Source: Fimicolochytrium jonesii (lineage: Eukaryota). Taken from it: a DNA stretch of 64,000 nt. A program made the position numbers and the translations under genes. Under the pieces are notes generated by a model. It ran no database searches and had not been told where the DNA came from. It worked only from the letters and a program-made list of their open reading frames with translations. The stretch is taken from NCBI RefSeq assembly GCF_025526975.1, contig NW_026515691.1, forward strand, positions 62,001 to 126,000, given 5' to 3'. Below are positions 24,059 through 39,262 of the stretch, piece by piece (the stretch's first letter is position 1; every line of letters starts with the position of its first letter).

Positions 24059-25539
24059 ATGGCCATTGAGGAGGCACCACCACCACCGTCAGCGCCCGTA
24101 GTACCCGACGCTGGCGCATTCTGGGTCCAGGGCGGGGCTGGAGAAACTGCGCCTGCTCACAATGGTTCAGGGGTCCTTGGCCAGAATGTCAGCCCAGCCG
24201 CGGCTGAGGTCGCTCGAAAAGCTCTATCGATGACAGTCCCTCAACCCCTTACGGTTTTGAGGGTCAGCCAACTGGATGCCGAGCTGCTTGATGGAGAGCT
24301 GACCGGCATACTTCGGGACCAGCTGTTAAGCGTGTTCTCCCTGTTCAAGGTACGTCGCGCGAAGTGCTCGTTATGTTTCGAGCTGCTCAAGGTGTGTGTG
24401 TGCTAACTGGAGATCACCAGAGCTCAGTGAAAGAGAAGTTCGAGCCTGAAATTATGGCACTCTTGCATTTCGTGATGTATCAGCTGTCAATCTATTCTAC
24501 GGGCGCCACCTATGGTCTGCAGCTACAGAACTTGAAATACAGGGACGAAAGCCGGCACAAAGGCAGACGTGAGTCTTCTCTCGATTAGTTCGACCATCCA
24601 GGCCGCTGCTGATGAAGCAATTTTGAAGTTGAGGTGTCCTCCGCTGATGCTCCGCTGAGCAAGAGACAAAAGCTCCTGCATGCGTTGTTGTGCATCGTTG
24701 GACCGTGGGGCTGGCTACGTCTGAACAGATACGCGACAACGCAGGGTTGGAGCGAGATGCACGAGGTAGCATTGACGGTTGTACTCGGGATTGGCTTTCA
24801 GTTCCCATACTGAGCAGAGGCTGATTGTTAGGCGAGCTGGTACAACAAAATTTGGCACTCTCTGCAAAAGTTTGAGAATTGGTATCGAGGACTGTCCCTA
24901 CTGAACTTGTTGGTGTTCCTGTATAACGGAAGGTAGGGCCAGCGTTCTGCATCCGACGTTGCGCGCGACATTTTTCTGACGCGGTCCGCAGGTATCGCTC
25001 CCTGGTAGATCGGATACTCGGGATGCGCCTGGTATATAAGCAACGGGAGATGTCGCGGCAAGTCAGCTTTGAGTTCATGAATCGGCAACTGGTGTGGCAG
25101 GCTTTCACAGTATGTACCCGCTTTCGCTTTGCCGCCGATGCCGTTTCTTTTCGGTTGTCGATGGTGCGCGCCCGATTGACTTTTAATTTCGTAGGAATTC
25201 CTGATGTTCCTGGTTCCACTCGTCAACATCGAGAAAATCAAGAACACGATAAGTCAGTCAATATCGGGTCCGACCATCGTAACACTTCCCGACCACCTAT
25301 GTGCCATCTGTCACGCCAACAATGCGAATAGACCGGTGATACAGGTTCCCTATATCACCAACTGTGGTCACAAGTATTGTTATTATTGCATCAAGTACGT
25401 AACTGCGAGGGCAATTCACTTGATGAACCAAGGCTGATGAGCAGTGTCACTTCACAGGACGAGCATGATGGTTGATTCGTCGTACCATTGTCTTCGATGC
25501 GGCCAGCAGGTGAAGGAGATCACTAGAGCGTTGGACTAA
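24059..25539 (+). CDS. PEX2: Peroxin-2 RING E3 ligase
   Basis: RVSQLDAELLD, ATYGLQLQNLKY, RQVSFEFMNRQLVWQAFTEFL, RING CAICH...CGHKYCYYCI...CLRC; multi-exon. Confidence 0.95.
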
Positions 25540-26129
25540 GCAGGGAAAGCAAAAGGAAGTGGAATCTGGGGGATGTGGCGCATGACGCAGACCGACCGTG
25601 TGGCTTCTGATGAGGTGAAACTGGTAGATGTCGATGACTTAAATGCCCACATCCCGATGCCTCCACCGAGTCCGGTATTCTCGCCGCCTTCCGCTCTTTG
25701 ATGCAGCAGCGACGAACCGCGGGGCCGGCATTCGACAGTAGCTTCAATCAGGGACTGCTGGGAGGCCAACATCCTGACGCCGGTGCGCCTCGTATGCTTG
25801 ATGTTCCCGCCTACCGAAGTATCGATGGAGTAGATAAAAACGACGAGTTTTTTCTCGAGTATTCATCATGCACTCAACAGCGATACCTAGCTTACCACAT
25901 GTGGGAACATTCAAGACCTGACGTCTCTGTAAACCACACAGGCGAAGCGCTCCTCTGAATGCGAGGTGAAGCCCGCGATGGACCGGATCCCATGGGAAGT
26001 GTGAGCTAGTTGAAGTTAGGAAGAAAGCAAATCGCACTTTGCGTTACATAGGTTCTTCCACACAGTATATACAAGCACTGTAATCGGGCAGCCGTTTAAT
26101 CTTGAATGTCTCAAATCATCATCCACACT

Positions 26130-27751
26130 TCACAAATATTCATCGTCCTCCTCATCCGACCAGTCCAAATCCGCCTCGTCCACGGTCAATTCCGCCAACG
26201 CTTTCTGCCCCGCCTGAGACGCCGACGTATTGAAGATGACCTCCGCCACCACCCCAGGCTTCTTCGACCCTGCCTTCATCGTCGTCAGCGACGAGCCAGG
26301 CCTTGACCCTTCACTCGCAGTAGTGCCAAGCCCCGCCTGTACCACCTCCTTCGCCCTCGCCAACTTCACCATCGCGTTCTTCCGCCCCTCCCTCGTCAAC
26401 TTCCTCTCCTTTTCCCGGCCCCGTCCTCGCCGAAGCTCATAGTCCTGCACCTTGGCGAGTCGGAGCTGGACCATCTCGCTCCTTACCATGGCGTCCCGCG
26501 CGAGCTGCTTGTTCCGTTGCTCTAACTCTTGCTTTTGCGCGAGGAGATGCTCGGTTTGCTGGACGATGTGACGGAGGTGGGTTGAGAGCGTTTCGTTTTC
26601 GGCGTCGAGTGAGGCGATGTGCGACATGAGGTAGCCGTGTGCTTTCTAGACCGATTATGGGGTCACTCCGTTCAGTACTGACTCCACAATGAAAGAGCCT
26701 TGCACAGACCTCATGAGCAGCACTCTCCATCTCCCTAATCCTTGTATCCGTCTCCTTCTGCACTTTGATCCGTTCCTCCAACAACGTCCGTTCCAACTCT
26801 TGCATCTGTACCCGGTGCTGCCGTTCGGACTCCTGCATCTCTTTCTGCACGCTCGCTATCTCCGCTTCGTGCCGTGCTCGATGTGCCTATGTCAAGATCT
26901 GCAGAGTCAAACATGTTGAAACTGCTGCGGGCGGCTCAGCGAAGAAAATGGCCCATACCATGACATCTGAGAGGCCGTTGACCTCCTGCTGTTTGACTTC
27001 GATCTTCTCCTCAAGATCGGCTATCATAACCTTCAGCTCTGCAAAGAAGACCTTACACATTCAGTTCTGTGGAGTGATATAGCTTGTCTTTTGGGTCATA
27101 CACCTACCATCGATCCGCGCCTGGTTAGCCTTCTCCTTCTCCTTCTTCCTCTCCAGAAACGCTTCGAAATCCTTTTTGCTGCCGTCGATCAACGAGTCGA
27201 TCGCGGACTGCTTTTCAGACTTTTTGGATTCGAGGTAGGTAACGTATTCGGCCTAGAATCCCAGAAAGACGGAGGGTTAGCGAGACTGTGCGATGGCTTC
27301 TGAACTCTGCATGGTTCGGCTCACCGTATCTTGCTGGCAAGACTCGATTTCGGTTCGGTACCAGTCGTTCTCTTTCTTTCTATGTTTCATGGCATGAATA
27401 TTCATAATGCATTCCACACAAGACATTGGCTGATGTGCACATACAATCCTTCGCATTTCCTCTTATAGTCATCCAGCTCCATTTCCAACGTATCCAGCCT
27501 AGATAGGAGTAGCCTTAGCTCCCAATGCACAAGTATCCCAAACATCAAATCTACACCCACCTCGCCTGCAAAACCCCCTCATTCAAATCCTCCAACCGAA
27601 ACTCCCCCGGGGCTCCCGTCTGGCCTTTAATGATCTGCTTGGCAATCTGCGTGCCTACGGTGACTTTCCTGGTGGAGGCTGCGGCCGATGCATCGCGGGA
27701 GCCGGATTTGTCTCGTTTGTGGGACTTTGCCGATTTTTTACGGGCGACCAT
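26130..27751 (-). CDS. DUF4515 coiled-coil protein (CCDC166/CCDC121/BBOF1-like)
   Basis: Basic N-terminus MVARKKSAK. Spliced coiled coil ENDWYRTEIE...YVTYL...LLEERIKVQKE...AHEKAHGYLMSHIASLDAENETL...QQTEHL follows the CCDC166 pattern. Confidence 0.7.
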
Positions 27752-27993
27752 TTTTGTAGTTGATGTTGGTTTATGCAGAGGTGACCTCGATGTTGACTGT
27801 CAGTCTTTCGATGTTTGTGACTGGTGAGATATCCAACAGCATGTGGGCACAAAGTTTTAGGGCACTACCTTATCGAGTAATAGGAGGAGTTCGGCAACGA
27901 GGGGTAGGAAAACCGATTTGCAAAAAACCCTGTCAATCCAAATGTGGCTTTTTTTGACGGGGCGGCCCCGTTAACAACTCCGCCATGACAATC

Positions 27994-28075
27994 CTGGATT
28001 TCCAACTCCAGATGGAACCTGTGTAGTTGCAACCCTGGATTGGAGATGCAACTCTGGATTTCGCAACTCCAGATG
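27994..28075 (+). repeat. Short imperfect direct repeats in an intergenic region
   Basis: ctggatttccaactccagatg (27994-28014) vs ctggatttcgcaactccagatg (28054-28075); tgcaaccctggatt vs tgcaactctggatt. Confidence 0.7.
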
Positions 28076-28210
28076 CATCCGCGAATTCATATGCGGATAA
28101 AAATGATGGATTACTGTTTCAAAAACTTAAATAAGACATGATGTCTACGCTAATCTACAAATAATGACTATCATACATATGCAGTGTGCCCAGTTGCGAA
28201 AACCCCCAAT

Positions 28211-31200
28211 CTACCGCCTCTTCCCCTTCGCCTTCTTCATATCCCTCTCGTACCCACGCATCGCCCCCTCCTGGTTGGCCAACTGTCCCATAATCTTATC
28301 CATCTTCTTCTTATACTCAACATCCTTCTCCTTAACCGCCGCCAGCCTCTTCCGCGCCACAAATGCAGCATCTTTCCTCAACTCCCTGACGGCGCCCTTG
28401 AACTCCTGCTTGTACTCGTATTTCAGCTTGGCGGCCTCAACGCGCTCGCGGTTGGGGTCGCGCGCGGCGCCGGAGGAGCGGGATTTGCGGTCGATGGAGT
28501 AGTTAGTATCGAATTTGGGGACGAAAGTGGAGATGGGGATCGGCTTGAACTTTTGGAGGAGGAGGGGGCGGCGTTTGAGCGTGTGGGTTGCAAATTGGGT
28601 GGTTAGTTGTTTGTGGGTGCTTGTGAGGAGGGCTGGGATCGCCCCAGTGGGGAGGGAGTCTGTGACGGTGGCGAGGAGATTGGCGAAGGGCGTGAAGACT
28701 TCGATATAGGAGGGTTGGTTCATATGCAGCCGCGCGAATCTGCCGAGCATGGTGAGAGCCGTAAAGAGAATGGATTGGCGCATCGATAGATCGATCGATT
28801 CTTCCACGGGGACATTGTCAGTGGAGAGTAGCTTCAAGGACATAGGCGCAACTTCAGCAGCGTTCAGATCCGGAAAATCCTCTATGCGCAAGAAACTCGC
28901 GCGCGCCTCCAGTATGGGGACGGTCTCGAAGACGGTGGTACCCTCTTCATCAGCGTCCTCACTCTTGGTCAATGGCAGCGCAAGGGCGAGCGTGGTCGCG
29001 ATAAAGTTGATGACCTCAGGCACATATCGCTTGGACAACACTTCAAACTCGTGGACAATATCGCACAGGTAGAGTCCTGCAATCGTCCCACGGAAGCCCG
29101 CAACCGGGCACTGGGAGAGATATTGTCCCATCAGCAGGAGAGCGGGTGTCACGACGGGGTGAACCAAATCGGAGGTGGAGAACACTCGAGAGATGAAGCG
29201 GAGTGTGAACAGGGCATCGAGTGACGGCCACGCACCGTTCCGTCGCGCGGCTGAAGGGGATGACAGATCTTTCACGAGCCGCTTTTGCAGCTTGGTAAGC
29301 CTCTCGATGAAGTGAGTACTGGCTTGCTCAGGGAACTGATGGCATAGCTCGATAATGTGGACCGAGAGGGCGTTGATGCTGTTGAGATCCTCGGCGCCCG
29401 TTGTGGATCGGTCAGCTTGCGGGCTAGCCAGAGCAGATACGTGCTTGAACAAAATGTCCAGCAGATTCTCCAACGTTTTGCGGTTATCTCCTCCGAGTTT
29501 AACGTGGTGCAAGACACGGATACGCTGAACGATCGTCGCTTGCTCTTCCGGGTTCCGGTCTTCCATGAGTTTCGAGAAGTCTTGCACCGTTGTGGGAGCC
29601 TCAAAGATGTACGGCAATTCCTTGGCGGCTGCAGCCGCGCCTGGCGCGGCGGCATCCTTCTTGAATGGCAATTTGTGCGCTGACGCAGGAGCTGCTTCAT
29701 CATCCGAATCCGGGCTGGGTGGTTCATCACCCATGTTGACCATGTCTTCGACCACCCAGTTCTCTGTCAAACCATCGGCATCTACATCCTCGCCTTCTTC
29801 ATCATCCTCCTCACTTTCCTCAAGCATGGAACCCTCCTCTTCACCCTCATTGTCGTCATGCTCATCATCGTCCTCATCGTCCTCATCATCCGAGTCCTCA
29901 TCATCCGAGTCCTCAGACTCCTCTTCGTCGTCATTTAGCTTCCTCTTCTTTCTCATGAACACCTCCTTGTTCATCAGCTTTCCATCGCGGTACGTAAGGG
30001 GCATCTCTTCCTCGTTCTCAACCATCTCATCCACAGCAGTGACATAATCGTCATCGCCAAGATCATCCGCTTCAGCAGGGCGTTTCGTTCCAGACGATTC
30101 CCTCTCAAGACGGGCCGCCATTTTTTGAGCCTTCTCTTCCTGCTCAGTGGGCAGACCCATCATCCTCCTTTTCCGATCACGCTCCAGCTGTTCCAAACGG
30201 GCTTTCTCGTCAGCGGCTTGCTCTTCCTCGGTTTTCAATCGGTCGGTAGGTTTCGCACGACGCTCGGATGCGAGCTCTCGCACGAACTGGTCGTAATCGT
30301 CGTAGTCAGCTGCGGGCTTGGCGACCTTGTTCTCTTCCTCGACTACTTCTGCCGTCGAAGCGTTCCGACCTCGCTTGTCCGAAACAGGAACCATATTGGA
30401 ATCGGTAGCTCCCGTCTTGGAATCCCGAGCCCCGCGCCTGGGCTCATCCTTGAGCGGCGCCAGAAGACTTCGGATGTCATCCAATTGAGCGTCCAGCTCG
30501 TCAGCCAGATCCTCATCTTCCTCTTTCTGTTGCTGACGTTCTCGCTTGTGCAGTTTGCTCTTTGCAATGATCTCCTTCATGATCTCGTTTTTCGATTTCC
30601 GCTTTCCGGTCCCGTCGTCCTCCCCTTCGCCTTCTTCATCGCTGAAACCCCCGAAGTGGGTGTACCTGACGGTGTCCTTATCGATGTGACCCGGCTCGTC
30701 TTCGGCGTCCGAGCCGACTCTGTGCAATCCAGCGTCATTGAAGGCGTCTTCATTCAAAGCTTGACCCATGTGCGTGAGTTCAAGCTCCTGATCTTCATCC
30801 TGGTCCAGGTTGAACATGGACCCTTTGGAAGACCTATTCGACTTCTCCTTCATGAAACGTTCCAACATCTTGTCTTCGACAGACATGGTTGCGTCGTGTT
30901 CTCCGAAACGCCTATCCACGAAAGCCGAGTCTTTATTCTTTCGCTGCATTTCCACGGCCAACGTCCGCATCCGATTCTCTTCTCCGCGCTTCCGCACAAG
31001 CCCAGGCCTTCCTGGAGCAGCACCTTTCACTTTTCTGCCTATGACTTCATGCTTCTGACGGTTGATCTTTAGCTCGAAAGGGTTATTATCTTTTGCTTTG
31101 GAGGATATTTGTCGGAGAGTGTCACGAGCTTCCTTCCGCCCGGACAAAGCCGCCGCACGTTGTGTTGCTGACTTTTTCTTTGATATTTTCTGGTGCTTTC

Positions 31201-31309
31201 CGATTACGCCCGCGTCTTTCAGTGAAGCCTTCAGCCGCTTCAGTGCTGAACCACCTTTACCGGCTTTCGCTTTGTCGCCGCTTCCTCCCGCTGGATTTAG
31301 TTTGCCCAT
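28211..31309 (-). CDS. NOP14: Nucleolar protein 14 (SSU processome)
   Basis: 1032 aa single ORF; NPFELKINRQKH, FVDRRFGE, IIAKSKLHK, PTDRLKTEEE, FSTSDLVHPVVTPA, EFKGAVRELRKDAAF. Confidence 0.97.
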   Translation of the reverse strand: MGKLNPAGGSGDKAKAGKGGSALKRLKASLKDAGVIGKHQKISKKKSATQRAAALSGRKEARDTLRQISSKAKDNNPFELKINRQKHEVIGRKVKGAAPGRPGLVRKRGEENRMRTLAVEMQRKNKDSAFVDRRFGEHDATMSVEDKMLERFMKEKSNRSSKGSMFNLDQDEDQELELTHMGQALNEDAFNDAGLHRVGSDAEDEPGHIDKDTVRYTHFGGFSDEEGEGEDDGTGKRKSKNEIMKEIIAKSKLHKRERQQQKEEDEDLADELDAQLDDIRSLLAPLKDEPRRGARDSKTGATDSNMVPVSDKRGRNASTAEVVEEENKVAKPAADYDDYDQFVRELASERRAKPTDRLKTEEEQAADEKARLEQLERDRKRRMMGLPTEQEEKAQKMAARLERESSGTKRPAEADDLGDDDYVTAVDEMVENEEEMPLTYRDGKLMNKEVFMRKKRKLNDDEEESEDSDDEDSDDEDDEDDDEHDDNEGEEEGSMLEESEEDDEEGEDVDADGLTENWVVEDMVNMGDEPPSPDSDDEAAPASAHKLPFKKDAAAPGAAAAAKELPYIFEAPTTVQDFSKLMEDRNPEEQATIVQRIRVLHHVKLGGDNRKTLENLLDILFKHVSALASPQADRSTTGAEDLNSINALSVHIIELCHQFPEQASTHFIERLTKLQKRLVKDLSSPSAARRNGAWPSLDALFTLRFISRVFSTSDLVHPVVTPALLLMGQYLSQCPVAGFRGTIAGLYLCDIVHEFEVLSKRYVPEVINFIATTLALALPLTKSEDADEEGTTVFETVPILEARASFLRIEDFPDLNAAEVAPMSLKLLSTDNVPVEESIDLSMRQSILFTALTMLGRFARLHMNQPSYIEVFTPFANLLATVTDSLPTGAIPALLTSTHKQLTTQFATHTLKRRPLLLQKFKPIPISTFVPKFDTNYSIDRKSRSSGAARDPNRERVEAAKLKYEYKQEFKGAVRELRKDAAFVARKRLAAVKEKDVEYKKKMDKIMGQLANQEGAMRGYERDMKKAKGKRR

Positions 31310-31789
31310 GCTTCACGACACTACCCGGAAATGGGTCGAAAAGTTAGCTTTTTTCGAGAAAATCCACGCCACTGGCGTCGCCTCCCCTGTACCGCTTCCA
31401 GGCAACCTTACGAGAGTACCTTTCCCCTCGGCTGCGGGGAAGAGCAAAGGAACAGTGCTGAAACTGCCACAAGGCTTACCTGCAAGGTTCGGGTGCGTCT
31501 GTGAGTTTTAATGGGCCGCTTTGCTAGCTTCCAACACACACCAACAGACAGTCCAGGTTCCAGCGAGTGCTGCCCTAGTACCCTAGTGTGATATGTGGGG
31601 GTCTCTTGTGAGATATGGAAGCCAATGCTCTCGGGACAGGGGGAGCAAATGGCGAAAGCGAGCTGAGTTCTGAAGCTTTTCTTTTCGCGCGTTTCGAGCT
31701 TTCGAACACCCTGGGGCAGCTGGGAAACCCCATGGCACAAGCTTTCGCATTTACTATTCACCACAAATAACACATAAACGTTGCCCATC

Positions 31790-34824
<3,035 letters not shown>

Positions 34825-36392
34825 CAGGCGTTAGAGATAGAGTAAGGCAGCGTAGGGTAATTTATTGGCGGCATACTCTAGCTTTACATCATTATCGCGT
34901 TAGCAAATCCCGTCGCACGTTGAAACGAATCTGTCCCCACTCGTGGCACACGTGCCTGTAGCAACTATACAGCGTGTGGATTAACCCCCTTTCCAGCGCT
35001 ACTTTGGCTCCGCCGTCTGTCTCGTCTATTGTTGCGGATACTGACTCATCAGCTTGAGGGGGTTGCGGGACACCGCAGGTCTGGCTGGTGTCACGCAACC
35101 ACCTCCGGCCCACGGCATATGACCAGTAACTTCCCACCTCTGTAGTAGGCACCAGCGACTTCCAAACCCCACCCTTCATCCTCAAGCTGCTCAGACACGC
35201 AGCCATGCTTCCAGCGTCGACAGTCGTCGTAGGGCCTCCACCTTCATTCAGGGCGTTGTAAAACTTAACGATTGTATTCGGCCGAGTTGTGCACAAAAAA
35301 AAACTCGCCAGAGTCATCGGTTCCCCTTTCACAGAGCAGGTGAACGTCCATTGCCGGGTGTTGACCGCCCGCATGAAAGCGCTCGGCGGCCATCGCATCG
35401 CCGCGGTGCCAATTCGGGTCCAGACAGTCGATGCGCCACTAAGGAAATGCGGGACGAGGCGGACAATGTTCTTCGCAGCGTGTTAGCCGTCAGTTAGGAA
35501 GAGATACATCCTTCTTCAGCCGAAGAGTTTAATATCCAGCGGAAGCTCACGAAACCGTTATGAGCACTTGAAGTCGACGTGATCACGTTGGTGACGTTGC
35601 CGATTGAGTCTACCTGATTTCTGTTAACAGATATGTTCGGTGCTAAAATGCGCATTATACTATCGAAAGTTCTGCCAGAATCGCCGTGCGCAGGAGAAAA
35701 GCGATTAGCGTTTGCGATATGGTGATGCTACAGTTTCGGAAGCTCTTTACCCGAAGGTTGCGTAGCGAAAACTATACGGGTTCTAACGTGTGACGCACCC
35801 CAAGAGGGCGTCCCACGGAAACCCCAATCTGAATACCGCCACGGTGCCGGTGTTTGCCGCCCGAACAGCCACGTCTGATCCCCTTTTTGCCGGTGGTCGG
35901 GACACGGAGATGACGGCACCAGGTGTGGGGGTTATCCCCGCTGCGACTCGAATGGTCAAGTGAATTGCCCAGATATTTCGAAACCGTAAACAACTGCTGC
36001 TTGTTTGGCAAGGAAGTAACGAGAGATGGAAGGCTTATCAATCGAATGTTCGGACACCGTTTCCAGAAGCTAGCGTGATCGTTGAGGGGTTTCACAATCG
36101 TCCCTTTGCGGTGGCGGGATGGAGTTGTATATTTCGTCGAACGCTTTTGATACCTCGAACATGCTGCACTGACTGTAATGCTTAGGTGCGGGTGTAGGTT
36201 TTCGAACCCTCATAGACCAGGGCTACGCACAGCACGCAATGGAGACTACACTGTAGTCGGACCGCTCACTTTTGCAGTTATCCGATTTGCCGAGATGGCA
36301 GGAGGTCGCCACAAATAGAGTCGAGTCGCAAGAAACGCACAAGGAATAATTTATATGGTAATACCTGTGTAATTGTACCATGAAACGTCACC

Positions 36393-36465
36393 GGGGAATT
36401 AGCTCAAATGGCAGAGCGCTCGCTTAGCATGCGAGAGGCAGGGGGATCGATACCCCCATTCTCCA
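36393..36465 (+). tRNA. tRNA-Ala(AGC)
   Basis: Cloverleaf with anticodon arm CTCGC-TTAGCAT-GCGAG, G3:U70 pair, T-arm GGGGG-ATCGATA-CCCCC; T-runs downstream (Pol III terminator). Confidence 0.95.
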
Positions 36466-37255
36466 CATTCTTTTGTATTTTTTGCTTCGACATTCTCAGG
36501 TCTCGGCAGTTGTGGTCAAGAGTTCCATGTTCGTTCGTCTGGGGTTTTCCCATCGGCTCTGCTGCCCCCGAAGTTGCCGCCGAACACCATTGGTACTTTT
36601 GGTTTCCTAACGGGCTACAATCTCAATTCGTTTGACCGTGCACTTATGTTAACAGGCTAGGCGCTTCCCCGTCCGACAGCACGATCCTTTGTCAGGAGTG
36701 TGTCGCGCTCGCCATTTCGAACTCTTCCATCAGCCATGTGCGGCGGACGCTCGGCCTTGTTCTCCAAAAGCATAGACAGAGACATCTAGGGCGGGCAAGA
36801 CGGGTTCGGGCCACGTATGGTGCTCTCATCCATTACATGCGTTTTCTTGCCGATGTGGAGACGGCTCTTGCGGCACCCATGGAAGAACATCCCGTATCCG
36901 ACACATAAATACACACAGGAATCATGAACTGACGAACCAGGTGGAGACGACATGGAGACAGGAAGCTCGGGTGGGAGGATCCCGAGTCTTTTCGCTGGCT
37001 GGTTCGGTGCCTGCCTTCCAGAACATCACCGGTATGCCTCAAATTTTCTCTCCAACTTCAACCTCAAAAGTCGAAGAAAGTCAGTGCCAAGGGCAAGGGA
37101 TGCAATGCAGTTACTCGGAGGGGGTATTACGGTGTACGACAGGACACAGCGCAGCACATGGCGCACCGTCGACACGAATGGCGCGTTTGCGCGAATCACA
37201 GGAAATTTTGCCACTTTTGGAATGGAGATTCCGTTATCCACACCGAAACCCGTGG

Positions 37256-37327
37256 TTCCAGTTAGTATATTGGCTAGTATCTCCGCCTGTCACGCGGAAG
37301 AGCCGGGTTCGATTCCCGGACTGGAAG
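37256..37327 (+). tRNA. tRNA-Asp(GTC)
   Basis: Acceptor stem TTCCAGT/ACTGGAA, anticodon arm TCCGC-CTGTCAC-GCGGA, T-arm CCGGG-TTCGATT-CCCGG; TTTTT downstream. Confidence 0.95.
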
Positions 37328-38131
37328 CTTCTTTTTGCGACGGACTGGGGGGTTTCTGAATGCGTTGTGTCGAAGATCGACGAAAACTTTTGTTCAAGAT
37401 GAAGATGAAGTGCGTGCGAGCGCCAAGAAGATTTCAAAGTCCTGTGTCAAGAAGGGTGTTCGGCACGCGTCGCTAGCGCCGTCGATGCCGGGTGGTGAGC
37501 GGTGCGTGAGATTTACATCGAGGAACGTGCACGGGGTTACGGGCACCGTATATGTATCGATTCTCCAACTGCGCGAGCGAAACGGGAAATCTTTGCTTGA
37601 GGTTCTGGGGAAGTCTAGCCGACGTGCGGGAGGGTTCACGTCAATACTGCAGAGAGCGTCGCTGTCCTTCACGAGGCCGATGACTTGGCACGCGTCGGTA
37701 TCGAAGTCGATAGCAGATGCTGAGGCGTGCGTGAGCTTCTCATGTTGGGAAATGGGTCCGATTGGTTACGGGGGCATGTGGTTGAACTGTCCTCCCCCAA
37801 ACGAGGCGAGGGAACGACGCTTGGATCACAGATGCCCTGGAATCACGTCGAGGGCTCCTTTGACCTATCGAGGGCCTCACAAATTCCACACGAGTGTCAG
37901 GGCCGAATCACATATGTATTTACAGTTACAGGTGAATGAACTGGGGGTTCTATGATACAGTACTACCAAGCGTACGAGAGTGCAAGGCTCTATACATTAT
38001 AGCACTTTGCTCGATATCATGGAATGGAATGATTAGCTATTATAGGGATTATGGAGACCTAAGAGCTGTATATGAGTCTTCCGCGGGGGGGTATGGTATG
38101 GATTCGAATATGTTACATCAGAACGCGCAAT

Positions 38132-39262
38132 CTATTTGCGGCAGTTGCCATTGGCGAGGAAGGCGGCGTCAATCTGGCTGGGGTCGGTGAAAGTGATCCA
38201 CTTGGAGCGAGGGATACCAGCAAAGGTATTCTCGAAACGGCTAGGTGCAATCTGTCCAGCTTCCTTCTTGGCATCGACGCCGGTGACGATGCGAATGGCG
38301 ATGCAGGTGATGCTGTTGGGGCTGAGCTTGTAGGCCGCGGCGTAGGATTCGGGGTCCTGCTCGGTGCTGTCTCCGATAAGGATCAACTTCCTCGTTGGGA
38401 AAAGAGCAAAGAACTCCTTGATGCGGTCAGTTTTGTAGTCAGCGCCCTCGGTGATGAACTTGATGAGGCTGAGGTCGAACGCGGACAGGTCGCGGAGGAT
38501 GAACTGCCCCTGGGGGAAGAGGTTGTCCTTGAGCAACTGGGCGAGGGGAGCGAACAAGTTCCAAGGGGATCGGGACAGGTAGTGGAAGGTGGGGTTCAAG
38601 TTCTTGGCCGAAAGCTCAGAGTTGATCTTCTGGTAGAGAGAAGCCATGCCGGGAACGGCGGTGAAGGGCCTCAAGAAGGTGTGCTCGAGGAGCTTGGTCT
38701 TGCTGTTGACTTCGGAGAACTTGATGGTGTCGTCAATGTCGGAAAAGACCGACACGCCGTTGGCCTTGAGGACAAAGGTGCGTCCGCCAATGGTTTGGGC
38801 GGGAGAGAAACCGTTCGCAGTGAACTCGATGAGGCCGTCAGTCTCATCGGCGGCGGTGAGGTCGAGGACCTTAGCCACAGAGAACTTTCCGGTTTGGTCG
38901 GTGCGTCCGACATTGACGGTGCTGGTGGCACCTGATCCCAAGGGCAGAGAGACGTCGACCTGGGTGAGAGGAAGACCGACACGCGTGAAAAGTTTGATGC
39001 GCTCGTCGAGAATCTCAGAGTCCTGCTCGCCGGGGAAGAGGAACGCGAGGAGACGGAAGACAGTCTCGACGGTGGATTGGGAGACGGTCTTAGTCACGTA
39101 TCCCTTGAAGTTGACGTTGAAGTTGGCCCCGACGGGGGAGGCGATCTGGTCGACGAATGTGATTTGGGTATCGCCGATTTCGATGCCGCGACGGGGGATG
39201 GCAGGCGCGGCAATGACACTGGTTGCGGCGATCAACGCCGTGAGGGCAGATGTAAACTTCAT
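38132..39262 (-). CDS. App1-like phosphatidate phosphatase (DUF2183, HAD superfamily) with a signal peptide
   Basis: SDIDDTIK (DxDxT), FHYLSRSPWNL, LIGDSTEQDPESY; N-terminal MKFTSALTALIAATSVIA; intronless, 376 aa. Confidence 0.88.
   Translation of the reverse strand: MKFTSALTALIAATSVIAAPAIPRRGIEIGDTQITFVDQIASPVGANFNVNFKGYVTKTVSQSTVETVFRLLAFLFPGEQDSEILDERIKLFTRVGLPLTQVDVSLPLGSGATSTVNVGRTDQTGKFSVAKVLDLTAADETDGLIEFTANGFSPAQTIGGRTFVLKANGVSVFSDIDDTIKFSEVNSKTKLLEHTFLRPFTAVPGMASLYQKINSELSAKNLNPTFHYLSRSPWNLFAPLAQLLKDNLFPQGQFILRDLSAFDLSLIKFITEGADYKTDRIKEFFALFPTRKLILIGDSTEQDPESYAAAYKLSPNSITCIAIRIVTGVDAKKEAGQIAPSRFENTFAGIPRSKWITFTDPSQIDAAFLANGNCRK

Noticed and set aside
25606..25622. CTGATGAGGTGAAAC resembling a hammerhead core or C/D box
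   Set aside because: No room for stem II and no flanking stems; no convincing box D partner.
27994..28075. CRISPR-like repeat-spacer pattern
   Set aside because: Only two imperfect copies, eukaryotic context, no cas genes.
34892..35398. 168 aa minus-strand ORF downstream of NCL1
   Set aside because: No motif, weak codon bias, no supporting exon structure.
36186..36230. B-box-like GGTTCGAAAAC on the minus strand near tRNA-Ala
   Set aside because: No cloverleaf can be folded; insufficient for a tRNA or SINE call.
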